Assembly: GCA_002470825.1 (NCBI GenBank)
Contig: DKOR01000018.1
Location: forward strand, 37,198 to 101,197
Direction: 5' to 3'
DNA length: 64,000 bases
Source of the DNA: Thiotrichaceae bacterium UBA7357
GTDB taxonomy: Bacteria > Pseudomonadota > Gammaproteobacteria > Eutrophobiales > Eutrophobiaceae
Shown: piece after piece, positions 60,805-64,000 of the stretch
How positions within the stretch are numbered: position 1 is the first letter of the stretch
Layout of the letters: each line of letters starts with the position of its first letter
The notes under the pieces: generated by a model
Seen by the model: the letters and a program-made list of their open reading frames with translations, nothing else
The model's database searches: none
Told to the model about the DNA's origin: nothing
Position numbers and translations under genes: made by a program

Positions 60805-61395
60805 ATGTTTACAGGTATTATTCACGCGATTGGTAAAATTTATGCAATTGATCAACATGGTGCTGATAGCCGTTTTGTATTTAATACAGGGAATATGGAT
60901 CTGTCTGATTTAAATGTCGGTGATAGTATTGCCGTTAATGGTGCGTGCTTAACACTAATCGATGTAGGTGAAAATTCTTTCGCAGCTGATATATCTAATG
61001 AAACATTGAAACGTACAACTTTCTCAAAATTAGAAGTTGGTTCGTCTATTAATCTGGAAAAAGCAATGCAGTTATCTGATCGGCTCAATGGACATATAGT
61101 TAGCGGTCATATAGATGGCATTGGAAAAATCTCATGTTTAGGTGATGATGGGCGTTCAGTAGGCTACGCAATAGTAGTTCCAAAAGCATTAAATCGATAT
61201 TTGTCAAAAAAGGGATCAGTGACTGTCGATGGAGTTAGTCTGACTATTAATGCTATCGAAGAAAATACCATTAAAGTTAATATTATCCCGCATACATTAT
61301 CTAAAACAATCTTTTCGGAATATATAGCAGGGTGTCAAGTTAATATTGAAGTCGATCTCATAGCCCGATATCTAGATCGGATAATAGTAAATTAA
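60805..61395 (+). CDS. ribE: Riboflavin synthase (alpha chain)
   Basis: MFTGII, two lumazine-binding repeats (GACLT, GVSLT). Confidence 0.9.
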   Translation: MFTGIIHAIGKIYAIDQHGADSRFVFNTGNMDLSDLNVGDSIAVNGACLTLIDVGENSFAADISNETLKRTTFSKLEVGSSINLEKAMQLSDRLNGHIVSGHIDGIGKISCLGDDGRSVGYAIVVPKALNRYLSKKGSVTVDGVSLTINAIEENTIKVNIIPHTLSKTIFSEYIAGCQVNIEVDLIARYLDRIIVN

Positions 61396-61434
61396 TGTAT
61401 AGTAAATAGTCGTTTGAGAAATTAAAGGAATACT

Positions 61435-62538
61435 ATGTCGCTTAATACTACGTCAGAAATTATTGATGAAATTCGTAATGGAAGCATGGTTATTCTAATG
61501 GATGATGAAAACCGTGAGAATGAAGGTGATTTAATTATCGCGGCATCATATGTCCGCCCCGAAGATATTAATTTCATGGCTAGATATGGCCGTGGCTTGA
61601 TATGCCTGACATTAACTGGCGAGCACTGCCAAAAATTAAATTTGCCATTAATGACCAGTAATTCAAGTTCAAATTTTGGAACAAACTTTACTGTAACAAT
61701 CGAAGCAGCGGAAGGTGTTACCACTGGAATATCTGCTTCGGATCGAGCGCTTACTATTCAAAAGGCTGTTGCCCCAAATGCTAAACCAACTGATTTGGTA
61801 CAACCAGGTCACGTTTTCCCATTGATGGCACAAGCAGGTGGTGTGTTATCACGTGCAGGCCATACTGAGGCGGGTTGTGATCTAGCAAGACTTGCCGGAC
61901 TTGAATCATCTGCCGTTATAGTTGAGATACTAAATGACGATGGAACTATGGCAAGGCGACCAGATTTAGAAAATTTTGCTAAAGAACATACTTTAAAAAT
62001 CGGTACTATTGCTGATCTCATAAGGTATCGCACAGAAAATGAAAGAACGGTTGAGCATATGACAGAGACTATTTTTCCAACAGAATACGGAGCGTTTATT
62101 TTGCATGCCTACCAAGATAAGGTGGAGAAGAAACTTCATCTCGCTTTAGTAAAAGGGAAGCTGAACCCTGATGAACCAACGTTGGTTCGTGTTCATGTAG
62201 AAAATCCTATATCAGATCTCACAGGTAGTCTTGCAAAAGATAGAGGTTGGCCAGTCGATGATGTATTGCGGCGACTTGCTAAAGAAGAATCGGGTGTAAT
62301 AGTTATTTTATGTAACCAATATGAACCGATGGAGTTAATTAACCAAATTGAATCATATAAAAATAATAAGCACAAAATAGATGCAAAAAACAAAGATAAC
62401 AAAGACTTGAGAACTATTGGATTAGGTGCGCAGATTCTTTCAGATTTAGGTGTTAGAAAAATGCGTGTATTAAGTGCGCCAAAACGAATACATGCATTAT
62501 CGGGTTTTGGTTTAGAAGTGATTGAGTACGTAAACTAA
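61435..62538 (+). CDS. ribB: 3,4-dihydroxy-2-butanone-4-phosphate synthase with a degenerate, predicted-inactive GTP-cyclohydrolase-II-like C-terminal domain
   Basis: DHBP synthase motifs RENEGDLI, HTEA; in the C-terminal domain the three zinc Cys of GCHII (CxxGDxxxSLRCDC) are replaced (VRVHVENPISDLTGSLAKDRG), as in Pseudomonas RibB. Confidence 0.85.
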   Translation: MSLNTTSEIIDEIRNGSMVILMDDENRENEGDLIIAASYVRPEDINFMARYGRGLICLTLTGEHCQKLNLPLMTSNSSSNFGTNFTVTIEAAEGVTTGISASDRALTIQKAVAPNAKPTDLVQPGHVFPLMAQAGGVLSRAGHTEAGCDLARLAGLESSAVIVEILNDDGTMARRPDLENFAKEHTLKIGTIADLIRYRTENERTVEHMTETIFPTEYGAFILHAYQDKVEKKLHLALVKGKLNPDEPTLVRVHVENPISDLTGSLAKDRGWPVDDVLRRLAKEESGVIVILCNQYEPMELINQIESYKNNKHKIDAKNKDNKDLRTIGLGAQILSDLGVRKMRVLSAPKRIHALSGFGLEVIEYVN

Positions 62539-62542
62539 AATC

Positions 62543-63022
62543 ATGACTAAAACTACACCAGCAAAACAAAAAAGAATTAACAATGGCTTAGTAAAGATTG
62601 CAATTGTCTCCAGTAGGTTTAATAGTTTTATTGTTGACCGTTTATATGACGGCGCTATAAGGACACTAAATAGTAACGGTGTTGATAATGATGCAATTAC
62701 GGCGATTGAAGTTCCAGGCGCATTTGAAATTCCTGTTACTGTTCGAACATTAATTGAAAATAAAAAATTTGATGCAATCATTACGTTAGGTGCAATTATT
62801 CGAGGTGAGACACCACATTTTGATTTCATTTCTAATGAATGTACGCGTGGTATAGGACAATTAGCGATTGAGTCAGGTGTACCGATTATTTTTGGAGTTT
62901 TGACTGTAGATAATTCTGAGCAAGCTATGGATAGAGCTGGTGATGAAGAGAGTAATAAAGGTTCAGAAGCAGCAGCAGCAGCATTAGAAATGGTTAGTGT
63001 ACTAAAAGAAATAAAATCATGA
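62543..63022 (+). CDS. ribH: 6,7-dimethyl-8-ribityllumazine synthase
   Basis: IAIVSSRFN, GAIIRGETPHFDFI. Confidence 0.95.
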   Translation: MTKTTPAKQKRINNGLVKIAIVSSRFNSFIVDRLYDGAIRTLNSNGVDNDAITAIEVPGAFEIPVTVRTLIENKKFDAIITLGAIIRGETPHFDFISNECTRGIGQLAIESGVPIIFGVLTVDNSEQAMDRAGDEESNKGSEAAAAALEMVSVLKEIKS

Positions 63023-63480
63023 ACAGCAATATTACTGCAATTAGTAAACGTGCACGAATCAAGGCAAGACGGAATACTGTTCAAGCATTATATGAATGGT
63101 TTATGACTGGGAAAAATGTCAGTGAAGTAATCGCTGAATTTGAAAGCAATGGACAGACATTGGCAAAAACGGATGTTGAATACTTTAAGTTATTGATAAG
63201 AGGGACTACTAAATATAGCACGGAACTCGACTCAAGAATTTCTAGTTTGATCGATAGACCAGTAAATGAACTTGACGCAGTCGAACGTGCCATTCTACAT
63301 ATTGGTTGTTATGAATTAATATATCATCTCGAAATACCTTGGCGAATCATTGTTAATGAGTCCATAGAATTAGCAAAAACTTTCGGTGCAGAACAATCAC
63401 ATAAATATATTAATGGAATTCTCGATAAAGTTGCCAAAGAGCTAAGATCAACGGAAATCAGCAACGCTAGTCAATCATAG
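63019..63480 (+). CDS. nusB: Transcription antitermination factor NusB
   Basis: ARRNTVQALYEW ... ILDKVA; conserved ribH-nusB-thiL order. Confidence 0.9.
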   Translation: MNSNITAISKRARIKARRNTVQALYEWFMTGKNVSEVIAEFESNGQTLAKTDVEYFKLLIRGTTKYSTELDSRISSLIDRPVNELDAVERAILHIGCYELIYHLEIPWRIIVNESIELAKTFGAEQSHKYINGILDKVAKELRSTEISNASQS

Positions 63481-63525
63481 AACTTGTATACATCTCTTAA
63501 AATATCTTCATGATCAATGTTTCAT

Positions 63526-64000
63526 ATGAGTGAATTTGAAATAATAGAACGATTTTTTAAAAAAGCCTATCCCAGCAGTAAGGGTGATCTTAGCCTAGGT
63601 ATAGGTGATGATGCAGCCATCATTAATGTCCCCGAAGATTCTGAATTAGTTATGTCGATGGATACCTTGCTTGCAGGGGTCCACTTTTTTGAGGGTACAT
63701 CTGCCGAAAATATTGCTTTTAAATCATTGGCAGTCAATTTGAGTGATATTGCAGCTATGGGTGCATCACCTCGCTGGATTAGTTTGGCTTTAACATTACC
63801 AGAAAAAAATCTAGATTGGATAGAAAAATTTGCATCAAGCTTTAATAAATTAGCAGAACAACATTCTCTAGTATTGATAGGTGGCGATCTAACTAAAGGT
63901 CCATTATCTATAACAGTACAAATACATGGTATTAATCCGAAAGGAAAATCATTACGTCGTAGTGGTGCTAATCCCGGTGATATAATTTGTGTCAGTGGTA
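63526..64000 (+). CDS. thiL: Thiamine-monophosphate kinase, 3'-truncated by the window edge
   Basis: EFEIIERFF, LGIGDDAA, AVNLSDIAAMGA, IGGDLTKGP match E. coli ThiL. Confidence 0.85.
   Translation, partial: MSEFEIIERFFKKAYPSSKGDLSLGIGDDAAIINVPEDSELVMSMDTLLAGVHFFEGTSAENIAFKSLAVNLSDIAAMGASPRWISLALTLPEKNLDWIEKFASSFNKLAEQHSLVLIGGDLTKGPLSITVQIHGINPKGKSLRRSGANPGDIICVSG

Noticed and set aside
61435-62538. Calling this gene bifunctional ribBA (DHBP synthase / GTP cyclohydrolase II)
   Set aside because: The GCHII-like domain lacks all three zinc-binding cysteines, so it is annotated as RibB with an inactive C-terminal domain.

Overview
This 64 kb window is mostly a core-genome segment of a low-GC (about 37-38% by eye) gammaproteobacterium; I found no CRISPR array, tRNA/rRNA gene, integrase or transposase. 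Coding density is high and the gene order is Pseudomonas/Legionella-like. The recognisable syntenic blocks are: ppc; pyrG-kdsA-eno-ftsB-ispD-ispF; purB ... purL-smrB; pyrC-rnt; mtaD/mtnA; gyrA; pheA-hisC-tyrA-aroA-cmk-rpsA-ihfB-lapA-lapB-pyrF-mfd; mtnP-hpt; glyA; and nrdR-ribD-ribE-ribB-ribH-nusB-thiL. GyrA carries Thr at the E. coli Ser83 position. Together with a multiply-lesioned dnaQ-like pseudogene and long AT-rich intergenic tracts, this would fit a host-associated Legionellales-type lineage, but that is inference only. The parts not explained by housekeeping functions are: (1) two uncharacterised genes between purB and purL on the minus strand, a 171-aa cytoplasmic protein overlapping by 4 nt with a 287-aa signal-peptide protein that has a clear Secretin_N-like motif and a short diverged secretin-like beta region (candidate mini-secretin module); (2) a 311-aa Pol-beta-fold nucleotidyltransferase-like protein translationally coupled to tag; (3) a dnaQ-like exonuclease pseudogene with one frameshift and one in-frame TAG at a conserved Tyr; (4) an unannotated 41-aa lysine-rich small ORF with a good RBS; (5) an AT-rich roughly 1 kb islet after ppc with an Asn/Tyr-rich orphan ORF; (6) a complete methylthioadenosine salvage arrangement (MtaD deaminase, MTAP-family phosphorylase operonic with hpt, MtnA); (7) several perfect palindromes and direct repeats in promoter regions. 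I could not run any searches, so all functional calls rest on motifs I recognise by eye.
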